Shown: positions 1-10,261 of the stretch, piece after piece
How positions within the stretch are numbered: position 1 is the stretch's first letter
Layout of the letters: the number at the start of each line of letters is the position of its first letter
DNA from: a virus
Virus record (IMG/VR): IMGVR_UViG_3300009996_000006
Location: 31,601-95,600 of that record
Strand: one strand, 5' to 3'
Length of the DNA: 64,000 nucleotides
Position numbers and translations under genes: made by a program
Notes under the pieces: generated by a model
The model's database searches: none
Told to the model about the DNA's origin: nothing
What the model saw: only the letters and a program-made list of their open reading frames with translations

Positions 1-802
1 CAACACCACTTGCAATATCAGCTTCACCCATAAGAGTATCGCCTTTAGCGCGTAAGTGACCAGCAAATAGCCCAGCTCCACCACCACTTGAACTAATCAT
101 TGCCACATCATATGCGGTCTGCATGATAGATTCTCGTGAGTCATCCATATCTAGAATGAAGCAAGATGCTGTATTTCCGTTTGAACGAAGTCCCATCCAG
201 TGAGGCGTTGCCTTACTAATCTGTCGTTGAGCAAAGCGCTTGTACCATTTCTTGATGTAGAAATCTTTCATCGAAGGAACAGTTTCAACCGAAGCATAGA
301 TTAGTGTGTCAACCATAACCGCTTGTTGAATACACTCTTCTGGCAACAGATATTTGTACTTGAACGTCATTACCGAAGCAATTGAGTGAGCCAAGTCGTA
401 ACTCTCATCAATCAACTCACCGTATTTGCGAAGCTCTTCATCCGTGTAAGAGTTTAGTGCTGGATGGGTATACTTACCCTTCCTTTGCATTTCTCGCACA
501 AATACGTCAAATGGGATGCTATACGTGTCACGTTTAGACCACATAGACATCGTAGCCAGTCGCCCAGCTACAAACACCCAATCTGGACTTGTTGGTGATG
601 CTAAATTCTTTGCATGTTCAATTAGATTTTCTTGGATGTCACTTGTCGTAACACCGTCGAAGATAAATTGGTCAAATTTACTTTCAAGTACAATCCCTTG
701 TACATCTAAGCCTTCACAGGCAAATTCAACTGCTTTTTTAATTTTTTCACATGCAAAGGGTTCATGCTCACCGTTTTTTTTAATTACCTTAATGTCCAAC
801 AT
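1..802 (-). CDS. nrdA: Ribonucleoside-diphosphate reductase alpha subunit, N-terminal part (runs off window)
   Basis: Manual translation from ATG 802: MLDIKVIKKNGEHEPF (ATP cone) ... ATPHW...TASCF ... SSGGGAG...LRAKGD...ASGV. Confidence 0.9.
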   Translation of the reverse strand, partial: MLDIKVIKKNGEHEPFACEKIKKAVEFACEGLDVQGIVLESKFDQFIFDGVTTSDIQENLIEHAKNLASPTSPDWVFVAGRLATMSMWSKRDTYSIPFDVFVREMQRKGKYTHPALNSYTDEELRKYGELIDESYDLAHSIASVMTFKYKYLLPEECIQQAVMVDTLIYASVETVPSMKDFYIKKWYKRFAQRQISKATPHWMGLRSNGNTASCFILDMDDSRESIMQTAYDVAMISSSGGGAGLFAGHLRAKGDTLMGEADIASGV

Positions 803-812
803 TTAAGCTAAA

Positions 813-1160
813 TTATCCCCCTAATCTTTTAATTTCTTGTAAATATTCACGATCATTCTTAGAAGACATCTTAGCCTCTTCCGAAGCCAGTCCACTATTC
901 AACCAAGCTTTGTCTAATCGTTCAAAGCCTAAGTAACGATCACCTTCTACAATTGCATGTGGTTGTAATCGTTGTCGATGTTTAAACGTCTCTACCTGAT
1001 AGTAAAAAGGTTCAACATCAGAAACCACTTGATTTTTATCAAAGCCAAAGAGTTCTGTTAAAACAGTATCCAGACCAAGCCTTGCAACCAATTTAGAGAT
1101 TTCAGGATCTTCTAAATCAGCATAACTCACATAGACAGGAGTTTTGTACAAACCTTCCAT
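813..1160 (-). CDS. Hypothetical protein
   Basis: ORF track; start moved to ATG 1160 behind GGTGAGG RBS. Confidence 0.7.
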   Translation of the reverse strand: MEGLYKTPVYVSYADLEDPEISKLVARLGLDTVLTELFGFDKNQVVSDVEPFYYQVETFKHRQRLQPHAIVEGDRYLGFERLDKAWLNSGLASEEAKMSSKNDREYLQEIKRLGG

Positions 1161-1167
1161 CTTCACC

Positions 1168-1815
1168 TCACCCAGCAAGATCTGATAAGTCAACAGCAAC
1201 AAAATCTCGATGTTTACGAATCTTGCCGTTTTTATCAACTAATGAATAATAAACAACGCCTTGATACTCAACTTCTTGAATCTTAATGCCTTCGCGTCTT
1301 GCTCCAACTGGAAGTCTCCAAGCTTTAGCTACTTCTTTGTCAGTCGTGTATTTAAGTTTGTTGTTTTCTACAATTCGCTTACAGGCTGTAATCATTTGCT
1401 CATCCGTAACCGATCTAGGTAGTGGATATTGAATGATATAATCTGTAATGTTTGCGATTAACTGTAGCTTCTCAACAGGGAACGTTTCTAACTGATCCTG
1501 TTCCATGAGCTGTAGATATTTATTCATTTCTAAGAAGTTGAATAGTACAAACATAGAATCGACATGACCATCAATGTGTTCAGGAACATTCAGGTCAATG
1601 GCTGTAAGCACTTCTGCCAGCTCTTCTTTTACCTGATTCATCTGAGTATCGACTTTGCTAATGAACTTTTCTGGGTTATCTAAGTATAAAGTTTCAGTTA
1701 ATAGACCACACTTGTATAAAAAATCTAAAGCTGATTGTTTAAATTCACCCTGTAAGAACTCCTGATAACCGTTCAATTCAATGAATTCGTTTTCAGTATT
1801 TTCCGAATTAGACAT
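1168..1815 (-). CDS. MazG-like/PRA-PH family NTP pyrophosphohydrolase
   Basis: EELAE...DGHVD helical acidic motif, NNKLK, C-terminal DKNGKIRK...DLSDL. Confidence 0.65.
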   Translation of the reverse strand: MSNSENTENEFIELNGYQEFLQGEFKQSALDFLYKCGLLTETLYLDNPEKFISKVDTQMNQVKEELAEVLTAIDLNVPEHIDGHVDSMFVLFNFLEMNKYLQLMEQDQLETFPVEKLQLIANITDYIIQYPLPRSVTDEQMITACKRIVENNKLKYTTDKEVAKAWRLPVGARREGIKIQEVEYQGVVYYSLVDKNGKIRKHRDFVAVDLSDLAG

Positions 1816-1887
1816 AATTCTCCTTGTTTTTAATTTAGTAATTTATTTTAATTAGGTAGACCAACTCACTGTCAGCCTACCTTGCGA

Positions 1888-2814
1888 TTATCGAAGTGGA
1901 GTCACACTTACTTCATGTGGATCTCTCTTTCTCAATCTCGACTTACCGCCACAACTACCACAATGTACAACATTAAATTTACTAACCGTAGTTACATGGT
2001 GAGCATCTTCAACAATCACAATGTCATCACTTGCACAATATGGGCAAACCGCTGAATGCTTACTAAACATTCCAAGATTGACACCACTTCCACCCCAAGA
2101 ACGAAGTTTTAAATAAACTTGACGTAAGGTTTCAATGTCACCCTTGTTATAGATCTCCATGTTGTCCAAATCCTCCTGAACACCGAAGTACGCGCCAGCC
2201 CAAGCCTCAATACCACCACTATCTAACTTCTGTTGAACACCAAGCATCTTAGCCAAATACTTCAATGAATTTGATGTCAGTTTAAAGTTTCGTTTCGCCA
2301 TTCGATAGGTGTCAATAACCTTGAACGGTGATGGAGGTGGTAATCCATGTCTAAGGAAGAATCCATTCATGACACGAACATCAAATTTGATACCATTGTG
2401 TGCTACCACAACATCTGCCTCGTCTAACAAGCTCCAAGCTTGCTCAACCAATGCATAATCGTCATGATTCTTCGCTTGTTCGGCTGTCAAGATTCCTGAT
2501 TGGATTTCCCCATCAATACCCCAAGACCAAGCATGTGAAATTAGATATTGCTCAGTAACGTGATAATCATTACCAATATTAACTCCCCACTTATCGAAGT
2601 GAAATGACAAATATGGTGTGATTTCAATATCCCAAAACAACATTTTGCATGTGTCAATTTTATCAATTTGTGTTTTAATATTTGGCTGATTGAAGAAATA
2701 CCTGAGTGTTGATTCTCTAGATGCCTTACCAAATATCTGTCGGGCAATCTCATAGTTAGACAACCCTTTTTGTTTTAGTTCAATGGCTTTACTATGCCAC
2801 TTTCTCGTTCTCAA
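1888..2814 (-). CDS. RNase H-like (DEDD) 3'-5' exonuclease with C-terminal Zn finger
   Basis: WDIE, AHNGIKFD, YNKGD motifs; CPYC...CGSC. Confidence 0.8.
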   Translation of the reverse strand: MRTRKWHSKAIELKQKGLSNYEIARQIFGKASRESTLRYFFNQPNIKTQIDKIDTCKMLFWDIEITPYLSFHFDKWGVNIGNDYHVTEQYLISHAWSWGIDGEIQSGILTAEQAKNHDDYALVEQAWSLLDEADVVVAHNGIKFDVRVMNGFFLRHGLPPPSPFKVIDTYRMAKRNFKLTSNSLKYLAKMLGVQQKLDSGGIEAWAGAYFGVQEDLDNMEIYNKGDIETLRQVYLKLRSWGGSGVNLGMFSKHSAVCPYCASDDIVIVEDAHHVTTVSKFNVVHCGSCGGKSRLRKRDPHEVSVTPLR

Positions 2815-2836
2815 ATATTTCCTCCAAATTAATTAT

Positions 2837-3397
2837 CTAACTACCTCTCAGTAGTTCCAACAATAAAAGCCTTCGTTTATCTTTTGTTGAGGGAATGTTA
2901 TCATTTGTTACACCCAATTGCAATAGATAATCTTTATCTTTTCCATTATTAACAATATCAATAACCTGTTTGGTTAATTTTGCTTCATCAAATGAAATAC
3001 CCATTCGTTCAGCGTAAGATTTAATCTTGTGACAATCCTTGCACACAAGTTGTAGGTCGTCGGCAGTAACAAGGGCAATAGCCTCAAAGTAGCTTAATAG
3101 ATCATCCCTATTCCTAAGTGAGTGATGTCCAACCTTGTGATCCACCTCAACATCATTTTGAGCAAACCAATTCAAGCACAGATCACACTTATTCCCCCAG
3201 ATGTATTCCCATCGAGTTCCTATTTTTGCTTCGTCTGGATTGAGAATTTGCTCTCTTCGATCATTTTTAAATTTAATCTTAACTGGATTCCTCATCCACA
3301 AACCGCGCCTCAACCCTCCACGAATATAAGACCAGTATGCAGATTCTGTTTTCCATACATCCTTGTTTTGATTAACAATTTCCTTAACTTTATCCAA
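2837..3397 (-). CDS. HNH endonuclease
   Basis: CDLC...EVDH...LQLVCKDCHKIK. Confidence 0.75.
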   Translation of the reverse strand: MDKVKEIVNQNKDVWKTESAYWSYIRGGLRRGLWMRNPVKIKFKNDRREQILNPDEAKIGTRWEYIWGNKCDLCLNWFAQNDVEVDHKVGHHSLRNRDDLLSYFEAIALVTADDLQLVCKDCHKIKSYAERMGISFDEAKLTKQVIDIVNNGKDKDYLLQLGVTNDNIPSTKDKRRLLLLELLRGS

Positions 3398-3602
3398 CTT
3401 TTACCTCAATTAGTTTATCCCACGACTCACCATCATGATCAGGCACAGACCTTCCCTTAACGAAATCTTGAAACATATCCTCATCATAATAATGATTATC
3501 AAATAGATAGTTTTTAAGAGATTCAAGGCAAGGGAACTCAATGTGAGAAATTTCTAGTGCTATTCCACGAGCGTAAGCAGATACTAGAAGATACTTTGTC
3601 AT
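3390..3602 (-). CDS. Hypothetical protein
   Basis: ORF overlapping both neighbours, RBS present. Confidence 0.6.
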   Translation of the reverse strand: MTKYLLVSAYARGIALEISHIEFPCLESLKNYLFDNHYYDEDMFQDFVKGRSVPDHDGESWDKLIEVKVG

Positions 3603-4660
3603 ATAATACCTCTCAAATACTCAGTTAATGTAGGAAGTTTACCCTCTTCTCTAACCATACAAGCACATCTAAAATACAGGTCTGCCATAGTGTATGGTGT
3701 CGCCTCAACGATACTACCATCCCAGACCTCATATTCAAAGGACTCAGGCAATAATTCTGTAAATCGATTTAGATATAATGTCCATAACTCTTCAATACTC
3801 GTTGCTTGATTGATATACTCAACAGCTTTAACGTCACCAAAGTTACCAGCATTAAAATTATTCTTCATGAAGTTTTTACATGAATAATTATCAGCAGTAT
3901 CCTCAGATAAACATTGATACACCAAGAACTTATCACCGTGACCACGAACGTCATTTACTGTATAAATTGATCCATCCTGTCGAACCATTGTTCTAGGTAC
4001 AATCTCCAACCAACCAAGTCTATTCTCGTCGTTTGGTTTGAATAATGTAGGACTTTCTTGGTGTCCGACGATAGCTAATCCACCACCATGAATCTGATTG
4101 AAATCTTTATCAATAGCATAGATATAACTTTTAATTCTTCTTTCAGTCAAATAAACACTTGAGATCACAATACAGTCATCCGACTCAAGACCTACCGCCC
4201 ACCAAGAAGGGTGTTTCTTCATCATCCATTGCTTAATCTCAAGCAGATATGGAGGTGCTTCTGTGTCTCGTCTATTATCTTTGTATCGTCCAGTATTATC
4301 GGCTTTGGTGTTAATGCGTCTAGGTAGTGGTAAATCCAATCTGAAATTACCTGTGCTACCACAAAAGATAATTATTTTATTACAACCAGAAGTATTAATG
4401 AAATTCTCAATCTTCTGATTAATCCTACCTTTTGCAACATACATTTCATCATCTTCTGATAATGTGCAACAAACAGAATATGCCAACCAGTCACCGTCGA
4501 TTAAACCAACAATATCATTTGTTGTATAACCACTGAGATCTATATTTTTAAATGGGATATTATTATGTTCTGATAAATTGAAATCTTCTACTTCTTCTAC
4601 AGATCTATTATCCCCATAGGTTTTAAACAAATTACTTACTCCATTTTTTGAAATTTTCAA
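3599..4660 (-). CDS. 5'-3' exonuclease (T7 gp6/FEN-like); true start probably TTG near 4631
   Basis: LIDGD, YKDNR, LESDD, DKDFNQI, DTADN motifs. Confidence 0.8.
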   Translation of the reverse strand: MKISKNGVSNLFKTYGDNRSVEEVEDFNLSEHNNIPFKNIDLSGYTTNDIVGLIDGDWLAYSVCCTLSEDDEMYVAKGRINQKIENFINTSGCNKIIIFCGSTGNFRLDLPLPRRINTKADNTGRYKDNRRDTEAPPYLLEIKQWMMKKHPSWWAVGLESDDCIVISSVYLTERRIKSYIYAIDKDFNQIHGGGLAIVGHQESPTLFKPNDENRLGWLEIVPRTMVRQDGSIYTVNDVRGHGDKFLVYQCLSEDTADNYSCKNFMKNNFNAGNFGDVKAVEYINQATSIEELWTLYLNRFTELLPESFEYEVWDGSIVEATPYTMADLYFRCACMVREEGKLPTLTEYLRGII

Positions 4661-4883
4661 GATTTAAATAATGTTCAAACTTAGGTTTTAAATACATCCA
4701 AACAACAGCCAGTTTAGGCTTATCTTTTCTGTGTAAATAAAGAATTAGTTTTTTAATTATTTCTACAACTTCATCAGTTGTGTATTCATTGTCGTTAACA
4801 CAAGCAATCAAGGAGTCAGTTATTTGTTTTTTACCGACAGTACAAGTAAACCGTCTATCTTTTACAGCCATTCTTTTCTCCAA
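4632..4883 (-). CDS. Hypothetical protein
   Basis: ORF track. Confidence 0.55.
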   Translation of the reverse strand: MEKRMAVKDRRFTCTVGKKQITDSLIACVNDNEYTTDEVVEIIKKLILYLHRKDKPKLAVVWMYLKPKFEHYLNLENFKKWSK

Positions 4884-4886
4884 TGC

Positions 4887-4911
4887 AAAAAGGGAAGTCG
4901 AAACTTCCCCC
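4887..4911 (-). terminator. Rho-independent terminator
   Basis: GGGAAGT-TTCG-ACTTCCC followed by T-tract on the minus strand. Confidence 0.8.
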
Positions 4912-4922
4912 TCTGTTCGTGA

Positions 4923-5903
4923 TTACCAGTCTTGATTACCAGAAGTAGTGTCAACAGTTTCGGTAGCCTTTGTCTCAGTAGACTCAGTATCACCGTCTGT
5001 ATTACCGCTATTTGCTAACTGAGCTTCTAACGCAGAACCAGAAAACTCTTTAGCACGAGCAATGGTGTTCTTGATATGAGCTGGGATCTCTTTAATCGCT
5101 TGTGGAGCGTTATTTTGATCATTCATCATTACAAGGTTAGTCTTTTCAAGCACAGGGGCTTCTTGACCATCCATTAATGCACCAACAAAGGTTACTTTCT
5201 CTTTGTAGTAAAGCTTATTTGAATTAGCACCACGACCAGCCTCATTGATTACCTGAGCGCTAAACAAGAAAGCCTTACCTAGTAACCCATCAATATGCTC
5301 TGGTTTAAATGGTGTTTTAGTGTCAGCTACAAGCTCTGACGCAACAGCCATTTTGTGTAGGATTGATTTAGGATTCAAGCTCCAATCTTTCCCATTTGGT
5401 GTTAACGGTTTCTCTTTTAGAGAAGTTAGGTTTTGAACAACCATCTTCTCACCGTCCCAATACTTACCACCGTACCAAATACGAAGCGGAGCTGGGTTAG
5501 ACTCACCGAAGAACTTGCCTTTATCGACAATCTTACTTGGGAAATCAATCGCAATCGCTACACACTGAAATGGCTTGTTAGGAACTTTTTTCATTAGTTC
5601 ACGTTGCTTAGTTACACCGTTGTAACCTTCTGAGAAGTGTACACCGCGACTTGCAACAACATCAGCATACTTCGCTAAAAGCTGATCAACACTTAGACCT
5701 ACATCATCACCCTCTAATGGGTATTCTGAATCTGGTAAAGGTTGAGAACCTAAATCTACAATCGCTGATACAACACCAACTAAAGTTTTCGGCTTTTCAA
5801 GACCAACAGTTTCAACAACATAAGAGTTCATTTCAGCGAACTTTAGTGCTGTATCTTCACTGTTACCACCTTTATTGCCGTAAAATTGAAAACCACCTGA
5901 CAT
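4923..5903 (-). CDS. Putative single-stranded DNA-binding protein
   Basis: Location in replication cluster, followed by terminator, acidic flexible C-tail ending DW; function inferred. Confidence 0.5.
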   Translation of the reverse strand: MSGGFQFYGNKGGNSEDTALKFAEMNSYVVETVGLEKPKTLVGVVSAIVDLGSQPLPDSEYPLEGDDVGLSVDQLLAKYADVVASRGVHFSEGYNGVTKQRELMKKVPNKPFQCVAIAIDFPSKIVDKGKFFGESNPAPLRIWYGGKYWDGEKMVVQNLTSLKEKPLTPNGKDWSLNPKSILHKMAVASELVADTKTPFKPEHIDGLLGKAFLFSAQVINEAGRGANSNKLYYKEKVTFVGALMDGQEAPVLEKTNLVMMNDQNNAPQAIKEIPAHIKNTIARAKEFSGSALEAQLANSGNTDGDTESTETKATETVDTTSGNQDW

Positions 5904-5989
5904 ATTTTTATTTATCCTCTTTTTATAATGATCACTATGATCGAAACGACTCTAACTGAGTCTACTTACTCAACACAATGTTGAATCTT

Positions 5990-6568
5990 TTAATCATCAA
6001 TCTCAACAACCCAATTAATCATTGCTAAATAAACCTTTTCGTCCAGATCAGACTTAAATATCTCAGCAATTCTTTTTATTTCGCACTCTTTGTGGTATTT
6101 ATAAACCTCGAATGCGTCGATTGGGCTATTAAAATAACCTAATATCTTTTGCTTACCACCTATGGATAACTGTGAAATAAATTTATTATCTCTCTCAATC
6201 CAAGTTACACCAACAGGGTACTGACCTCTAAAGTTTCTTCTATTGGTAAATAATGAGTTTATTGCTCTTGGTATTAGGCAACATTTATCATTTGAGTATT
6301 CACGATTCCCCTTAAATAAAATATCCTTATCTACACACCAATCATCAATTAGATACTTATCATAACCAGTCATATTTTTAATATCATTGAGAAAATATGA
6401 AAAATTAAACCAGTGGGTATTACACGTTACCCCATCATAAGCTGGATTTATTGATTTGTGATTAGGATCATAACAGCGCCTAAGAATACCCCTCCAAGAA
6501 TCATATTCTTTTCGATAACCTGTTGATCCAATATCATTAACACCAATACCAAGAACTAGCCTACTCAT
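5990..6568 (-). CDS. Free-standing HNH-family homing endonuclease with AP2-like C-terminus
   Basis: WRGILRRCY, DKDIL...YSNDKCCLIP...N, GVTW...LGYF; no evident RBS. Confidence 0.75.
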   Translation of the reverse strand: MSRLVLGIGVNDIGSTGYRKEYDSWRGILRRCYDPNHKSINPAYDGVTCNTHWFNFSYFLNDIKNMTGYDKYLIDDWCVDKDILFKGNREYSNDKCCLIPRAINSLFTNRRNFRGQYPVGVTWIERDNKFISQLSIGGKQKILGYFNSPIDAFEVYKYHKECEIKRIAEIFKSDLDEKVYLAMINWVVEIDD

Positions 6569-6577
6569 CGACTTGGG

Positions 6578-6889
6578 CTAATCTGAACTGTCAGCACTTT
6601 TTTCCTCCAATGGTTTTGCAATTAATTCTAAAACTCTATCTCGTAATTCTGTACTACCTTCAATACCATATTGAAAATATGCTTCTAAGAATGTGTAGTG
6701 GATTACTTTTGCTAGATCTTCAATTTGATTCTTATCATTATGTCGAGTGATATATTTAACAACATTACCTTGACAAAAACTTAATTCGTTTACAGAGCTA
6801 TATTCAATTGGTTGAATACCTCTATCTTTATAATGACTACCAGCAACTTGCGGAAATAATGGATTAAATCCATCGTTTTTACTACTCAA
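6578..6889 (-). CDS. DUF3310/SaV-like protein (T7 gp1.7-related)
   Basis: QVAGSHY...IQPIE...GNVVKYITRH..K...EDLAK; ends in TAG. Confidence 0.75.
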   Translation of the reverse strand: MSSKNDGFNPLFPQVAGSHYKDRGIQPIEYSSVNELSFCQGNVVKYITRHNDKNQIEDLAKVIHYTFLEAYFQYGIEGSTELRDRVLELIAKPLEEKSADSSD

Positions 6890-6984
6890 TCAAACCTCCT
6901 TAAAGAAAATGATTTAATACATATCAACCTATGAATGTAATATTAAGTTAATTAATGTATTAAATCAAGAACTATTTTGTTAAC

Positions 6985-7912
6985 TTATGTAAATAATATT
7001 GTTTCAAATGGTTGAATCAACTTATTTGCTTCTTCGATGTAATATTGGTAATCAACATCCCAAGCGAAACCACTCATGTTATTACAAGTCTTGACGTTAA
7101 AATTAGATTCAATGTTAGATACTCGATCTTCTGCACCATCTTTCAATGGGGGCATAATTTTCATCAACTTTCCACCTTTAATAGATGGGTAATATCGACA
7201 GATTCTTTGTTGCTCAGTTACGTTGTCACCTTCAACAAGAACCAATCTAGATGATCGATCCACCTTTGTTCTCAACATGAAGTCAAAAGCATCGTCGTGC
7301 TTGTAGATAAATTCAGCAATTGAGCAATCACCTCTAACCTCTGCCTCAACAGCTTTAGGAACCACAATTGCAGACATATCTTTGTGCCAAGCAACACCTT
7401 TCCAAGTCTTCGTATCTGCATACTCATAAGCACCCTTCTGTTTCAACTTACCGCTTGTATAAACACCGATATAGTTATTAACGTCACGAAGGTACATGCT
7501 CTTGTATTCAGCCTCTTCCATCGTCAAACCAGTGAGTTTTTCCCAACGTTTCACATAGTCTCGCATCTTATCCATTTCTGAATTATGAATACGGAATGTA
7601 AAACCATCCGTGTTACACTGAATAAGCTTAATGCCTGTAGCAACGCGCAGTCGCTCCATTAACATACATAAACTTAACTGACCACCAATCGTGATTGTCA
7701 TTGTGTACTTAGGATCATAAAACGGAGAATACTTGCTGTTTGAGTTACCATAAGTCGCATTAAGACCTAATTTAATAGCCAAGTTCTCACCTGTGCCTTT
7801 AGCATAGTTTCCACGCTCATTATAGAAAGCTTCATATGAATCACAGAATGACTCACCAAGATGCTCTGGATATACACGGTTAGCAATCGCCATATTTGGG
7901 TAGTATGATGCA
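6985..7912 (-). CDS. Family-B DNA polymerase, exon 2
   Basis: ASYYPN (second half of motif A), KLGLNATYG (motif B), NTDG (motif C), NNY, KG. Confidence 0.9.
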
Positions 7913-8963
7913 CATACCCTACCTTTATTTTCACAAAGGGCTAGATCATATCTTGAGTTTCTTTTTCCAAATGAATCCTCTATAGGATTTCTTATATCCA
8001 TTACATACAGAATAGATGTTCTGCCATTTATATTCAGGGTTAGCTAGAACAATTTGCTCAACACTTTCCCAAACTCTCAACAGTTCACCATCTTTTGAAT
8101 ACTGCTCAAAATCATACTTTTGCTTTGATTTTGCTACTTTCCTAGCCATTTCAGATTTCTTATCTTCATCTTTCCACATTTCGGAAGATGCTTTGGAAAT
8201 CTTACTTTTCCATTCATCACCATAAACACCAGATTTATGTCTAGATTTTGCTATTTCACTCATTCTCAACCTTTGATCATCAGACCATTTATTTCCAAAG
8301 TTAGGATTACCCTCACCTGAGAAAATACTTCTGAATATTTCTCTAGTTTCATCATGAACATAACACTTTGATGATGAATCCATTCTAAGATTGTAACCAA
8401 AATCTCTATCAGTAGATTTTAATTCAACCATCCAAAACAACTCTCTTTCCGTTAAAGATTCCTCACCTTCAACCTTTTCGATAATTTCGAAAGAGAAATT
8501 TTCAATTCCATACTTCTTAACAGCATTAAATAGATGTCTGTTTACATCACTAGCACAATGATCCTTGTTTAAAAGATAACTATGTGCCAGAAACCGCCTC
8601 TCAATATTGATTGACTTTCCAACGTAAACCTTTCCATTTAATGCGTTACGAATACAATAAATACCACTTGTCAAAACAACTCCCTTGCGCTTCGGATAAT
8701 AATTTTCACTATCCTACTCTACTTTCTTCCGTGATACAATAAATATCACGTGATTTCGATGATCGTTGAACCTTCATCATTTCATGTTTCACAACATTAA
8801 TTAGACGCTTGGCTGCTGATTACCCAATCTTATCTATTCTCAAACATTCACGCTCACCATTTCTAGTCACGTTGTAGTTAGATTAAGCTCTAAGGGCTTT
8901 CCAGCAATTCACAAGGTTTTCTTCACCTCACTAATGAAGTGAATGGGACGCTGCATTTATCTA
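7913..8963 (-). mobile_element. Group I intron (1051 nt) in DNA polymerase motif A
   Basis: P1 exon GGACGU pairs with IGS GCGUCC (U.G at splice site); P10 AUGCA/UGCAU; P (AAUUGCUGGAAA), Q (AAUCAGCAG), P7 GAUCA/UGAUC; terminal G; splicing restores DLDVASYYPN in a 727-aa protein. Confidence 0.92.
7946..8674 (-). CDS. Intron-encoded GIY-YIG homing endonuclease with NUMOD3/NUMOD1-like C-terminus
   Basis: SGIY...VYVGKS...RF..H, ERE, GYNL; GEGNPNFG. Confidence 0.9.
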   Translation of the reverse strand: MTSGIYCIRNALNGKVYVGKSINIERRFLAHSYLLNKDHCASDVNRHLFNAVKKYGIENFSFEIIEKVEGEESLTERELFWMVELKSTDRDFGYNLRMDSSSKCYVHDETREIFRSIFSGEGNPNFGNKWSDDQRLRMSEIAKSRHKSGVYGDEWKSKISKASSEMWKDEDKKSEMARKVAKSKQKYDFEQYSKDGELLRVWESVEQIVLANPEYKWQNIYSVCNGYKKSYRGFIWKKKLKI

Positions 8964-10219
8964 ACGTCCAAGTCAATAATTCGATAATCGTCATCAGCAT
9001 GTACCGTACCTTGTAAACTTCCATGAATACCACCAGTACCAAAGTCGTATCTAAATCCATCAATCACAACGTTTAATGTGGTAGCAATTCTATGGAAAGC
9101 TACAATCTTGTGGCGCTGAGTAGTCTTGTTCAGCTTCTCATCTTCAAACCAAGCCTTCGGGTGAAGCTTTAAAAATTCAGCTTTGATTCTTTCCATTTCC
9201 TCAACTTGAGTAGGATCTTCATAATCCCAATCATTTTGAGCAACGCCTTTTCCATTCAATTTAAATCTATTTTTGAATGTAGTTTTCTTGGTTTCCATTT
9301 GAGCATATTTTGCAAGATCTTCGCCAAGATCATGTTCTTCTAGGTCAGAGAATACACCTTTTGTCTCAGTGATAATCTGTCGTTGAAGCCACTCTTGCAC
9401 AGCCTTAAACTCTGGTTGAGCGAAGCGAATGTATGGGAAAATGCAATCTTTAACAGCAATAGAACTACGTGGTGTCTGTCTCATCTTACGACGACCATCA
9501 CCTGTTGGTTCATAAAATGCATACGGATTGGTCATTTCAATTCTTTGCATAAAGAACTTTTCACCAATCTTAGTATCGTTTAAGTTTGTACAATCAAATC
9601 CATACTTCGCAGTTAAATCCTGACGGAAACTTAACGAGTCATAGCAGTGATAATAAAAATTAAGTGTTTCTTTTACGTCATTTTTATTATATGAAATTAA
9701 TGTGTCTACTTCCTCGCCATGTAAATCAATACCAACAGGGAACGGTAAATCCTCAATATTATTAGAACGCATATTGAACTCTAATAATTTTAACGATGTT
9801 CGCTTAGCGTTATTATCAAAGTGATTCATTTTAAATAAATCAACTTGAGGTAAGATAATCTCATTGTCTGGAATACGACCAGCAAAACCATCACTATTAA
9901 TCAAGGTCATAGCCTTATCATAAATCTGCTTTGCTTTTAATTTAAGATTCTTATTTGAACGCTTTGCACGAATTGCCTTCTGTAAAATCCAATGAATAAC
10001 TGGATAATCGAAAGCCAAGTTGTTGTAGCCAATTAAACGAGCTTCTTCTTTTTTTAATTTTCTCAGAAACTCTAAGAAATCACCTGTTTCATTCTTTCGA
10101 TCTGAGATCTCAAAAACAATAGGATCTGATCCATCAGCGTACTGAAATGTGCAAGTAAAACAGTTCTGGTAAGTCTCAATGTCATAAGACCAATCACCTT
10201 CAAAATATCTTTTTTCCAA
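8964..10219 (-). CDS. Family-B DNA polymerase, exon 1 (3'-5' exonuclease domain)
   Basis: YDIET, GYNNLAFD, YNKND; GGIHG; ends DLDV at splice site. Confidence 0.9.
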
Positions 10220-10261
10220 AATAACCCCCTAGTCATGGCACACCCGAAGGTGTGCTTTTTA

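Noticed and set aside
5904..6577. Group I intron around the 5990-6568 HNH gene
   Set aside because: No P/Q/R/S elements found and the flanking genes look complete.
7913..8001. ORF-track start of a separate 338-aa polymerase subunit
   Set aside because: These codons are intron sequence; the ORF is exon 2.
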